Assembly (NCBI GenBank): GCA_026394315.1
Contig: JAPKYM010000213.1
Coordinates: forward strand, 1-43,254
DNA length: 43,254 bases
Source: Candidatus Bathyarchaeota archaeon
GTDB lineage: Archaea; Thermoproteota; Bathyarchaeia; 40CM-2-53-6; RBG-13-38-9
Direction of reading: 5' to 3'
Shown here: positions 8,105 through 16,471 of the stretch, in pieces
Numbering within the stretch: position 1 is the stretch's first letter
How the letters are laid out: each line of letters opens with the position of its first letter
Program-made: the position numbers and the translations under genes
The notes under the pieces: model-generated
Database searches by the model: none
Seen by the model: only the letters and a program-made list of their open reading frames with translations
Told to the model about the DNA's origin: nothing

Positions 8105-11100
8105 TTAAGCACGCTCCTCTACAAGTAGCCTTGGAGCGATTCCTAGTGACATAAGCTCCTGTATCAGGAGTTTGAACGCATATGAGATGGATACAGGTGA
8201 GATCGTTGTCTTCTCGCCACAGACCCTGCATACGTACTTGTTCTGACGTGAATCATAGTACGCCATTAGGCCACATTTTTCACACACCGTTGCGGTATAA
8301 CGATCAGATTCATCAAGCAACCTGTCCCTGAGAAGGGCAGACGCACCGTGGCCAATCAGACAGTCCCTTTCCATCTCGCCGAACCTTAGACCACCGCCTC
8401 TGGCTCTGCCTTCCGTTGGTTGCCTAGTCAGCATCTGGACCTGGCCCCTGGCTCGGGCATGCATCTTGTCGGCGACCATATGGTGCAGTTTCTGATAATA
8501 GACTAGCCCAGTGTATATATCTGCTTCAAGCTTCTTACCGCTCATTCCATTGTAGAAGACCTCTCGGCCATTGTACTCTAACCCTAGCTTCACCAAAGCC
8601 TCTTGGAGGGTTGAGGGTTCATCGTTGCTGAAAGGGGTCCCGTCGATTGGAAATCCCATCATAGCTCCCACTTTGCCGGCTATTGACTCCACAAATTGCC
8701 CTACTGTCATTCTTGAGGGGATGGCGTGAGGATTTATTACAACATCGGGTACGATCCCAGATTCCGAAAAAGGCATGTCCTCCTTCGGAACCAGTAATCC
8801 TATTACCCCTTTCTGTCCATGTCTGGAAGCGAATTTATCGCCCAATTCTGGGATCCTTTGATTTCGAACCTTCACTTTTACCAGTTTGTTTCCCTCGATG
8901 GATTCTGTCAGGAATACTTGGTCAACAATTCCTGATTCTGAAGGTCGCATACAAACTGATGAATCTCTTTTGGTTGGTCCTCTTACCTCGAAGTCTTTGT
9001 ATTCTTCCAGAAATCTCGGTGGGCTGACTCTGCCGATAAGAACCATATTACCTGAGACCGGTGCCTCTGCGGAGATTAGTCCGTCCTCCTCAAGAAGCCT
9101 GTAGAATCGATCGCCTCTATAACCTCTTGTTCCGCCTTCCGGGATCTCGAATTTGTCCCTTAGGCCTCCTAGATACTGACGACTGTCAGCTTCGTAGACT
9201 TTGAAGAAGCTTGATCTAAGCAGTCCAAGATCTACTGAGGAGCGGTTTATGATTATGGCATCCTCCATATTGTAGCCTTGAAGTGATAGGACTGCTACAA
9301 CACAGTTTTGTCCTGAGGGTCGTCTCTCAAAATTTATACACTCCATAGGCTTTGTTCTTACCAAAGGAACTTGTGGGTAGTGCAGAATATGGGATCTTGA
9401 ATCTACCCTCGTTGAGAAGTTCGTGGCGAATACTCCTAAAGCCTGCTTCCCCATTGCTGACTCGTATGCATTTCTTGGCGACTGATTGTGCTCGGCATAG
9501 GGTATCAGTGAGGAGCAGATACCCATGATAGTGTAGGGAGCAAGCTCAAGATGCGTGGTACTGTTAGTGATTTTAGATACTTCAATAGCTACAAGTGTAT
9601 CTTCTTCCTCGTCAGCGTCCAGGTACTCAACTATTCCTTGCTTGATAAGGTCTGACCAACTTGTTTCTCCGCTGTTCATCCTTTCAGCGATCTCGTCTGT
9701 AAGTTTGGACTTTCCATTCTGAACTACTATCAGCGGTCTTCTAACCCTTCCAGAGTCACAGTTCACATAGATCTCAGTGTTGGCTTTCTCATGTCTGAGC
9801 TGAGTGTAGGCCACATTAACTTCTGAGCTCAGCTCACCCTTCCTTCTCATGTCACGAATATTCTCAACAAAGGCCTTCGGATCCATTACGTAGCCAGCGA
9901 TTATACCATCAACGGTGACCTTAGCACCGCTCTTCCTCACTTTACGATCTGCTTTTTCCAGAGGCAGAAGATCTAGATTTGTAAGTGTTCTAACAACTTC
10001 CCGTGGATCAATTCCAACAGAGATTATTGCCGAGAGTGCCAGATTCTTGACCAGACCACAATTGGATCCTTCAGGAGTCTCGTTCGGGCAAAGCCTTCCC
10101 CAATGGGTTGGATGCAGATCTCTTGCTTGGAGGTTAGGTTGGCTTCTGCTCAATGGCGACTGAAGTCTTCTTAAATGACTAAGAGTTGCCGGATAATTTG
10201 TCCTATCAAGAAGCTGTGTGACGCCTATCCTGCCTCTGACCCAGTTCCCGGTTGCCATGGCATGTTGAATTCTCTCAGTGATTATTCCAGGCCTGATCGC
10301 GTTGGCTATAGAGAGTTCTACTGATCTTCTAATCGTTATCCTCTCGAGCTGGTACTTGAGGTCTCTGGCCAGATTCCTGAATGTTATTCTGAACAATTCT
10401 GCAAGAAGAGGCCCTGCAAGTTTCAGTCTCTTGTTAGAGTAGTGATCCTTGTCGTCAGGTTGCCTCCTACCAAGTTTCAACTCAACTATCTTAGCAATTA
10501 TCTCAGACAAGAAGTAGGATTTCTCTAGCCTGTTTTCAGGCATTCTACCTAAGTGTGGAAGGAAGTTTCTGTCTACTACGGTTTCAGCCTTCTTGGTTCT
10601 ATATTCAGCTATCTGTCCGGGAGCAAGTCTGTTACCTATGAACAGGAAGGCATCTTTACTAGACGTCACGTCCAGAGCTTTCTCGAAAGATCCCTCGAGT
10701 TCATTCTGAACCTCTTCATCAACTGACACTAATTCTGCTATCTTGACGTCTGCTTCAATTCCGAGAGCCTTCATGATGACAACGAAGGGTATATCCGCTG
10801 GCATCCCTGGCATTAAGACATAGATTGCGCCGTCGGTCTTCATAGTAACCTCAATTCGGGCTCTGAACCCAACTGTTGTTGAGAAGATCTTGGCCTTATA
10901 ATTCGGATTCAAACCCACCTTCTCAACATCAGCCAGAACACGGTTTGGAGCCAGATCTTCAAGTGCGACTACTACCCTTTCAGACCCGTTAATAAGGAAG
11001 TAGCCACCTGGGTCTAGAGGATCTTCACCGACTGAAACGAGCTCATCAGGAGTTAGTCTTGAAAGTGGACATATTGCGGACTTTAGCATTACAGGCAGAT

Positions 11101-11458
11101 CACCGATATATACAAGCTCTGTTGCACCCTCCTTCTCCCCTATGATCGGTGTCATCTCAAGATGCAGAGGTGCGGCATAGGTTAGATTTCTTATCCGCGC
11201 TTCAGCTGGATAGACTCGCCTCTCTGAGCCGTCTACCTCCATCACCCTCGGAGTTCCGATCTCGATCTTTCCAAGTTTTATTGTGAAGGGATTCTCCTCG
11301 ACCTCTATGGGGGTCTCTGCCACCTCATCAATTATGGATTGGAGGCCGGATTCGATGAACTCGGTATAGGAGTCTATGTGCTGTCTTACTAAGCCTGTCT
11401 CCTTGATGAATCCCTTCATTATGTTCCAAAGGGTTGATTCTGATCTGGATTCCTGCAA
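8105..11458 (-). CDS. rpoB: DNA-directed RNA polymerase subunit B, unsplit
   Basis: 1117 aa. Contains ...GRHGQKG..., GLRFGEMERDCLIGHGA, and the C-terminal CxxC..CxxC zinc ribbon (CEKCG...CRVCG). Confidence 0.97.
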   Translation of the reverse strand: MQESRSESTLWNIMKGFIKETGLVRQHIDSYTEFIESGLQSIIDEVAETPIEVEENPFTIKLGKIEIGTPRVMEVDGSERRVYPAEARIRNLTYAAPLHLEMTPIIGEKEGATELVYIGDLPVMLKSAICPLSRLTPDELVSVGEDPLDPGGYFLINGSERVVVALEDLAPNRVLADVEKVGLNPNYKAKIFSTTVGFRARIEVTMKTDGAIYVLMPGMPADIPFVVIMKALGIEADVKIAELVSVDEEVQNELEGSFEKALDVTSSKDAFLFIGNRLAPGQIAEYRTKKAETVVDRNFLPHLGRMPENRLEKSYFLSEIIAKIVELKLGRRQPDDKDHYSNKRLKLAGPLLAELFRITFRNLARDLKYQLERITIRRSVELSIANAIRPGIITERIQHAMATGNWVRGRIGVTQLLDRTNYPATLSHLRRLQSPLSRSQPNLQARDLHPTHWGRLCPNETPEGSNCGLVKNLALSAIISVGIDPREVVRTLTNLDLLPLEKADRKVRKSGAKVTVDGIIAGYVMDPKAFVENIRDMRRKGELSSEVNVAYTQLRHEKANTEIYVNCDSGRVRRPLIVVQNGKSKLTDEIAERMNSGETSWSDLIKQGIVEYLDADEEEDTLVAIEVSKITNSTTHLELAPYTIMGICSSLIPYAEHNQSPRNAYESAMGKQALGVFATNFSTRVDSRSHILHYPQVPLVRTKPMECINFERRPSGQNCVVAVLSLQGYNMEDAIIINRSSVDLGLLRSSFFKVYEADSRQYLGGLRDKFEIPEGGTRGYRGDRFYRLLEEDGLISAEAPVSGNMVLIGRVSPPRFLEEYKDFEVRGPTKRDSSVCMRPSESGIVDQVFLTESIEGNKLVKVKVRNQRIPELGDKFASRHGQKGVIGLLVPKEDMPFSESGIVPDVVINPHAIPSRMTVGQFVESIAGKVGAMMGFPIDGTPFSNDEPSTLQEALVKLGLEYNGREVFYNGMSGKKLEADIYTGLVYYQKLHHMVADKMHARARGQVQMLTRQPTEGRARGGGLRFGEMERDCLIGHGASALLRDRLLDESDRYTATVCEKCGLMAYYDSRQNKYVCRVCGEKTTISPVSISYAFKLLIQELMSLGIAPRLLVEERA

Positions 11459-11477
11459 GAACTAATCATACCTCATT

Positions 11478-11732
11478 TCAATCTTCAACAACATTACGGT
11501 AAATCACTACTTCTCCAGCCGTCGAGCTCCTCCGAACTATCTTGAGGACATCTCCAGGCTTTGCGTCTATAGCCAATACGGCCGGATCTGAGGCACGTAT
11601 TGATGGGAGTTGGTAGGACTTTATTCGGTGCCTGGCCAAGAGTTCCTCTAGCTCTTTCTTTGAAAGGATCGTATGCTGCGGAACCAGTTCATGTTCGAAG
11701 GTGAAGTCTCTCTTCTTTATTTCCTTAGTCAA
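11478..11732 (-). CDS. rpoH: DNA-directed RNA polymerase subunit H (Rpb5-like)
   Basis: 84 aa with [39 protein letters not shown]...[20 protein letters not shown], the typical RpoH pattern. TTG start. First gene of the RNAP block. Confidence 0.9.
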   Translation of the reverse strand: MTKEIKKRDFTFEHELVPQHTILSKKELEELLARHRIKSYQLPSIRASDPAVLAIDAKPGDVLKIVRRSSTAGEVVIYRNVVED

Positions 11733-11825
11733 TCAGGACAACTGCTCCTAGCCGGAGAAAAAGCTCCTCACCATGAGCTTGGAGGACTCTGATATGGAGC
11801 TTGCTATTAGCAAAAATGATCATTC

Positions 11826-11835
11826 TAATAAATAT
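11826..11835 (-). promoter_or_regulatory. TATA-like box (ATATTTATTA on the minus strand) upstream of rpoH
   Basis: The only strong A/T box between rpoH and the inserted element. It lies about 95 nt upstream of the TTG start. Pattern only. Confidence 0.35.
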
Positions 11836-11837
11836 TG

Positions 11838-11846
11838 TGCGAGCAT
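11838..11846. repeat. target-site duplication, left copy (TGCGAGCAT)
   Basis: Identical 9-mer in direct orientation at 14194-14202. Each copy abuts the outer end of a terminal inverted repeat. Confidence 0.85.
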
Positions 11847-11916
11847 GGTTCTGGCAAGTCTTCGGTTGATCCAGCCGACTGTAAAAAGTCGGTTGATCGG
11901 TTGGTTCTGGTAACTT
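11847..11916. repeat. left terminal inverted repeat (70 bp) with internal subrepeats
   Basis: Sequence ggttctggcaagtcttcggttgatccagccgactgtaaaaagtcggttgatcggttggttctggtaactt. Contains GGTTCTGG twice, TCGGTTGATC twice, and a CCGACT/AGTCGG hairpin. Confidence 0.9.
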
Positions 11917-12032
11917 GACGGGTGGTTTAATGGAATTCTTCCGCCTGTTAAGTTTCGGGGGACTTTTCGAGTACATGGCAATTGGGGTAACTAATATTCA
12001 TTTCGCTAACAGTTCTCGCTTGGCGGAAATTA

Positions 12033-12767
12033 TTGCATCCACTTGAAAGAGCAGGATGGACATGCGGCTTCATTATGCTAATAATCATGATAATCACTTG
12101 GCTGGTAGGCGACATTCCTTTCCAGTGGAAAGCATTGTTTTCAGTCATATCCATTGTCATTATTGGAATTACTGCTTTCTGGAGAAGGATCAGAGGCTTC
12201 AAGCCGCCTAAACTGCTCGTCAAGCGAGCAGAGTTGAGTCCAGAGGAAGAAACGAGGGAAATTCGTGTCCGATTTCGTAATGGTCAAGAGAAGTTACATG
12301 AAGCTCGGTTTTACTTCGTTACAGTTGAGAATGTTGAAGGTAAAAGAATCAAAGGATTGCGACCATGTATTTACCTCCATTATAATATGTTGATCGTGTC
12401 GCCGTACGGCAAGCCCTTAATCAACGTGGATTATCAGGGGCCTCTATGGGAGTTTGAGCAAAAAGGGCTACAAGCTTACCTTGATGCCCTCATGAATGAC
12501 GGAAAGAAAGTAAAGGAGAGCGTTAGCTTTCCTCCAGATAAGAGAGCGTCCGTAACATTTGCCCTTTTCCTCACTTTGAAGGATTTTCCGTGGTTGGATA
12601 TTCCCGCAGACAAAAAACGCTATCACCCTATCCCATCTAAGTTCCGCATCAAGTTAGCCTTTAGGACGGAGGACTTGCTTCCTTACCATGTGGCAACATA
12701 CGAGATAAATGCCCAACAAACGTGGGATAAGATTGGTGTCGAAGAAGTTCAAGTTAAAGAAACTTAG
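12033..12767 (+). CDS. hypothetical membrane protein (two N-terminal TM helices plus a soluble domain); passenger gene
   Basis: 244-aa ORF (TTG start; alternative ATG at 12075). Has hydrophobic segments GFIMLIIMIITWLV and LFSVISIVIIGITAFW. I recognise no family. Confidence 0.55.
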   Translation: MHPLERAGWTCGFIMLIIMIITWLVGDIPFQWKALFSVISIVIIGITAFWRRIRGFKPPKLLVKRAELSPEEETREIRVRFRNGQEKLHEARFYFVTVENVEGKRIKGLRPCIYLHYNMLIVSPYGKPLINVDYQGPLWEFEQKGLQAYLDALMNDGKKVKESVSFPPDKRASVTFALFLTLKDFPWLDIPADKKRYHPIPSKFRIKLAFRTEDLLPYHVATYEINAQQTWDKIGVEEVQVKET

Positions 12768-12974
12768 GTTCTCTCAAATTTCAAGAGTTGTCTTAGCAAT
12801 TCCAAGTCGCGTTCGCACCCTTCAATGATCGATTTCAATCCCAATCTCCGTATGCGTGTAAGCAGAGTCGTGTAACCTTTGAGGCGTTTGCCTTCTAGAT
12901 AGGCTTCACGTCATAACCAACGACAGAAACCTAAATAAAGAAATTTATGCTCAAGTTCTGATTCCTAGTAGCCA

Positions 12975-13193
12975 TTGGCTTGCACTATTATCACTTCAAA
13001 ACACGCTTTTGAAAGGCAGGAAGAGAGAGGCATAAGTCCAGATGAGGTTCGCAATGCCATGATGAGAGGTTCGAAACATAAGAATTCAGATGGGACTATG
13101 ACTGCCAAGTATGGATCATGTGAAGTGGTTTATAAGAGTCCACGACAATGGAGACAGTTCGTGATAACTGTCAAAATCGTCTCTGGTGAATGA
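12975..13193 (+). CDS. DUF4258-like small toxin candidate; passenger gene
   Basis: 72 aa, TTG start. The N-terminus ITSKHAFERQEERGISPDEVRNAM fits the DUF4258 pattern (..HA..R..eR.Is..ev...). Its end overlaps the next ORF by 8 nt, a toxin-antitoxin-like arrangement. Confidence 0.55.
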   Translation: MACTIITSKHAFERQEERGISPDEVRNAMMRGSKHKNSDGTMTAKYGSCEVVYKSPRQWRQFVITVKIVSGE

Positions 13194-13563
13194 ACGATAT
13201 GGAAGAGTGCCTATTTGCTCAGGCCGCCTAAAAGAAGCGAAGGTGACCGTGGAGATTTCGGGAGCAAAACTCGGAAGTTTCGATGGTCTACAATGTGAGA
13301 GATGTGGCGAAGAGTTTCTTTTGCCAAAGTCAACGAATGTTGCACATGCGACAGCACTGAGCAAGAATCTTTTTGGTAAGTTGAAGGAACCCGAATCAAT
13401 GTCTACTCTACCACATGAATCACTAGCTTACGAAATTCGATCCGTAGGTACAGTAGTGACTCCCCTAACATCTACGAATGAAATAAGCTTGGCTAATTAT
13501 GAAGTTGAGATATCAACAAGCCTAACGGGTTCCTCTGTTGAGATAACTGCTAAATGCGAGTGA
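13186..13563 (+). CDS. zinc-ribbon (YgiT/MqsA-N-like) antitoxin candidate; passenger gene
   Basis: 125 aa, GTG start. ..PICSGRLKEAKVTVEISGAKLGSFDGLQCERCGEEF.. resembles the YgiT-type zinc-finger layout. The first CxxC is degenerate. Confidence 0.45.
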   Translation: MNERYGRVPICSGRLKEAKVTVEISGAKLGSFDGLQCERCGEEFLLPKSTNVAHATALSKNLFGKLKEPESMSTLPHESLAYEIRSVGTVVTPLTSTNEISLANYEVEISTSLTGSSVEITAKCE

Positions 13564-13578
13564 TGGCCTTTGGCTTCA

Positions 13579-14061
13579 ATGCCGAAAGGCACCGTATCCA
13601 AGGAACGTTTCGTAGATGTTGATTTTGAAGTTGTTAAGGAACCTTGGAACAAGTATCAATTAGATGATAATGCTATTCTCAAAGTCAAACTTGTTCTAAC
13701 TCTACTTCGTAGAAAAGAACTGTTACGACCTGATGGAAGTGTCGAGAAGATTGTCGGCTTTAGTTTTGACAGTCAAAATGTCACCACCGTACAGAGCGTC
13801 CCTGAATCCTTGAAGGGGTCTCCTTCTACAGAGTCCTACGATCCAAAACAACTTGAATCTTCCATAGTCCAAGATGACATTGGCTATACCACACTTGCCG
13901 AGGAATGGAATGAATATCTCGATGAAACTGGAGAAAAAGTTCGAATGAAAACAACTGTAGGCAGAGTGGCAAGAACAAGTAAATTTGACAAGCATGGAAA
14001 TCCTGTGTATCTTGTTTCATCGCATGGAATAGCTGACATAAAGGTTCGAAAACCATCCTAG
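13579..14061 (+). CDS. hypothetical protein; passenger gene
   Basis: ORF tracked from TTG 13570; the in-frame ATG at 13579 is preferred. About 160 aa, soluble, no family recognised. Confidence 0.5.
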   Translation: MPKGTVSKERFVDVDFEVVKEPWNKYQLDDNAILKVKLVLTLLRRKELLRPDGSVEKIVGFSFDSQNVTTVQSVPESLKGSPSTESYDPKQLESSIVQDDIGYTTLAEEWNEYLDETGEKVRMKTTVGRVARTSKFDKHGNPVYLVSSHGIADIKVRKPS

Positions 14062-14123
14062 ATTGGTGCCTTTTGACCACCCAGAAGTTAACAGGCCGAA
14101 AAAATCTGTTAGACTACCCACTT

Positions 14124-14193
14124 AAGTTACCAGAACCAACCGATCAACCGACTTTTTACAGTCGGCTGGATCAATCGAAGACTTGCCAGAACC
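14124..14193. repeat. right terminal inverted repeat (70 bp)
   Basis: Reverse complement of 11847-11916, except 14175 (T) against the complement of 11865. Confidence 0.9.
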
Positions 14194-14202
14194 TGCGAGC
14201 AT
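14194..14202. repeat. target-site duplication, right copy (TGCGAGCAT)
   Basis: Direct repeat of 11838-11846, immediately outside the right TIR. Confidence 0.85.
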
Positions 14203-14272
14203 CGGCTTCAGAAACATCTTGTGGCCGATAGTATGGGCTGGCCGGCTAGCGCCAGCACGCGCCGTTTCGCAT

Positions 14273-15055
14273 TCATCCTATTAATCTTGCTGATGTTTGG
14301 CCATCAGGGCCAAATTCGAAATCCAAATCAGTAGTCATCTGATGCATGACCAAGTTGGTATGGGCTTGGAGAATCTGAATTCTCAAGTCAATCCTAACCT
14401 TCACGTTTTCCTTGGGATTGGCAAGGACTATTCCCTGTCTTTGGAATGCCAAACTTCTGAGGCCGATCCAGAAAGTCACTTGGGGAACATCCGTGCCTAA
14501 CACCTTCGACTTCTCATCCCAAAGCGGGCTTTCCGAGTTTGTCTGAACATTTGACACCTTTGCAAAGTCTACCAATTTGTACATTCGTCCACTGAGGTTT
14601 ACTGTAGACTCTGCTGTATCCACAATACTGGACTCATAATACACAGGAAATCTGGATGGGGATGATATATTCATAGTGAGTTTGGTAGCTAGCAGAGCTT
14701 CACCATTGAGGTATTGTATTTGGGGTTTCTGCTCAATACTCATCGAAGTGATGTTGGCTATTCCGTGATTTCTAACCTCGCTCAACAACACCTCGGTCTC
14801 CCTCAGGATACTCTTAGCTTCCTCCATTTTTCTGGAGGCGTCAGCGAATACCCTGTTAGCTGCATCTAGTCTTGAAGTCGCCTCGTTGACGAGCACATCC
14901 ATCTCTCTCATATCTTGAGATACCTCAGCCAGCTGCACGTTTGAGTCTTGGGATAGCCTGTAGGCTTGAGAGTATAGATAGCCTGACCATATTGAGATGC
15001 TTAAGGTAACAATAATCGCGAGGGTGACAAAACGTTGTTGGGTCTGAGTTGACAT
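14273..15055 (-). CDS. hypothetical N-terminally membrane-anchored protein with a coiled-coil segment
   Basis: 260 aa. Has a TM segment (FVTLAIIVTLSISIWSGYL), then a heptad-like region (..EVSQDMREMDVLVNEATSRLDAANRVFADASRKMEEAKSILRETEVLLSE..). No family recognised. Confidence 0.55.
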   Translation of the reverse strand: MSTQTQQRFVTLAIIVTLSISIWSGYLYSQAYRLSQDSNVQLAEVSQDMREMDVLVNEATSRLDAANRVFADASRKMEEAKSILRETEVLLSEVRNHGIANITSMSIEQKPQIQYLNGEALLATKLTMNISSPSRFPVYYESSIVDTAESTVNLSGRMYKLVDFAKVSNVQTNSESPLWDEKSKVLGTDVPQVTFWIGLRSLAFQRQGIVLANPKENVKVRIDLRIQILQAHTNLVMHQMTTDLDFEFGPDGQTSARLIG

Positions 15056-15268
15056 TTTGCGCTCTATTAACGTTAGGCTACCTATAATTTATCTTAATAT
15101 ATCGGAACAAGTTACGCGTTTCCATAGACATCTGAGGTCTCATCTGCGAATACAATTATGAAAATTGATTAGCAGATCTCGTTGGGATTGGACGTGCTTT
15201 TGTTGCAGAACAGAACTGCTCTATGAGGGCCATCGTAACTCTAAGAGAACCGAGATCTGAGGAACCGA

Positions 15269-15799
15269 CTAGTCTTTTCTTCTCAGATACAACTTGATAC
15301 CGTGGGACCTTAAGACTTCGACTATCATTGGTTTTGAGATCGCTCTCAGAAGCAGGTGTCCCAATAATCCTATGGCTATTACGCTTCCAACAAGGACTAA
15401 GAGCAATCCAGTTGCTAGGGGTACATTGAATATGTAGCTTAGGTAGCTTCCCACCACAAGGGTAACCGTTAAGATTTCGACCGCCGTGGCGTAAAGCCAG
15501 CTGCCTTTCAGCCTTGTACACCCAATCTTCCAGCCTAGAAGTGTTGCTGTGAAATTTGCTATTGCTCCTCCCAGAATATCGATGATTCCTAACCCACCGA
15601 AGAAATTGGATATGACGGCTCCAAGAGTTACACCCATGATTGCGGGCCATCCGAAGAGTATCGCAAGGGGTAACATAGCGTCGGCGACTCTTACTTGAAA
15701 TATGTTGAAACTTATTGACGTGAGGGAGATTACTGCTGCAGCATACAATGCTGTAAAAGCTGTTGTCAGAGAGAGTTCCTTCATTTTCTCCGAATTCAA
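15269..15799 (-). CDS. queT: QueT-family (queuosine-precursor/ECF S-component-like) membrane transporter
   Basis: 176 aa, polytopic. ..ISFNIFQVRVADAMLPLAILFGWPAIMGVTLGAVISNFFGGLGIIDILGGAIANF.. matches the QueT pattern (..QFRiSEaL....G...N..sp.G..D...G). The overlapping 282-aa ORF at 15156-16004 is judged spurious. Confidence 0.65.
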   Translation of the reverse strand: MNSEKMKELSLTTAFTALYAAAVISLTSISFNIFQVRVADAMLPLAILFGWPAIMGVTLGAVISNFFGGLGIIDILGGAIANFTATLLGWKIGCTRLKGSWLYATAVEILTVTLVVGSYLSYIFNVPLATGLLLVLVGSVIAIGLLGHLLLRAISKPMIVEVLRSHGIKLYLRRKD

Positions 15800-15925
15800 A
15801 GTTGCACTCCGACTCCGTGGTTTCTAGATTGGAACGGGCTGGAAAAACCAGCCGCCACATCTTCGCAGGATTATTGCAAGTTAGATAAGGCTTCTTTTCT
15901 TTGATCCAACCTAATCTTGGATTGT

Positions 15926-16471
15926 TCACTTCTCTTTGAGTTGCTTCACGATACTTTTGAGCTGCCTTTCCCAATCTACAGGCGTCACATTTGGAAATGA
16001 CCAATTGGCGTGGGGTTGATGATATCTCCCGAGGGATATGGTCTTAAGATGAGGCGCGAAGTGTTTGAATCCTGAAAGAGTAACCCATTCCAAATAGTAT
16101 TGGAACCCAATAAGTAAGACAAGATCATACCGTCCTTGGCCGTCAAGCCCTTGCCAGTTAGGATCTCTGAGTCGATTCGAAATATCCATAATAGGCATCC
16201 AAGATGCTCTGTTGAAACCTCGCTGTGTGAATTCACCGATCACATGTGCAGTAGCTACGATCTGAGCTCCTGTCAGTTCTGCTATTTGAATTACGTAGTC
16301 TATAGGCTTTCCCTGTTCCAGATCCACACTGGCAGCTTCATGCCCTACTATTAGTATTGGCCGTTTAGATTTCTTGATCGCCGCAACCACAACTTCAGGC
16401 TTAATGACTGGGAGGGCTCTGGTTAATCCGGAGACCTCTGCAGTCTGCCAAGGCTCAGCTCTCGCTATCAT
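15926..16471 (-). CDS. cdhB: CO dehydrogenase/acetyl-CoA synthase complex, epsilon subunit
   Basis: 181 aa. ..IKPEVVVAAIKKSKRPILIVG.. and the overall size fit CdhB. Its start overlaps the cdhA stop by 4 nt. Confidence 0.8.
   Translation of the reverse strand: MIARAEPWQTAEVSGLTRALPVIKPEVVVAAIKKSKRPILIVGHEAASVDLEQGKPIDYVIQIAELTGAQIVATAHVIGEFTQRGFNRASWMPIMDISNRLRDPNWQGLDGQGRYDLVLLIGFQYYLEWVTLSGFKHFAPHLKTISLGRYHQPHANWSFPNVTPVDWERQLKSIVKQLKEK

Larger units (their letters stand above)
11847..14193. mobile_element. non-autonomous cargo-carrying transposable cassette (MIC-like): 70-bp TIRs, 9-bp TSD, four passenger ORFs, no recognisable transposase
   Basis: TIRs at 11847-11916 and 14124-14193 are reverse complements with one mismatch. 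They are flanked by direct TGCGAGCAT repeats. All enclosed ORFs are on the plus strand, opposite to the flanking host genes. Confidence 0.85.

Noticed and set aside
8103-8231. N-terminal extension of the tracked rpoA ORF (start at 8231)
   Set aside because: It lies entirely inside the rpoB 3' end in another frame. The conserved RpoA N-terminus begins at the ATG at 8100-8102, right after the rpoB stop.
11725-12223. Two minus-strand ORFs (11725-11976 and 11948-12223) upstream of rpoH
   Set aside because: They read through the left TIR and TSD of the inserted cassette (peptide ..KLPEPTDQPTFYSRLDQPKTCQN is simply the translated TIR). They have no protein-like features.
15156-16004. 282-aa minus-strand ORF
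   Set aside because: It overlaps the QueT-like gene and the cdhB 3' end out of frame. Its composition is Arg/Ser/Cys-rich, and the QueT frame has a clear family match.
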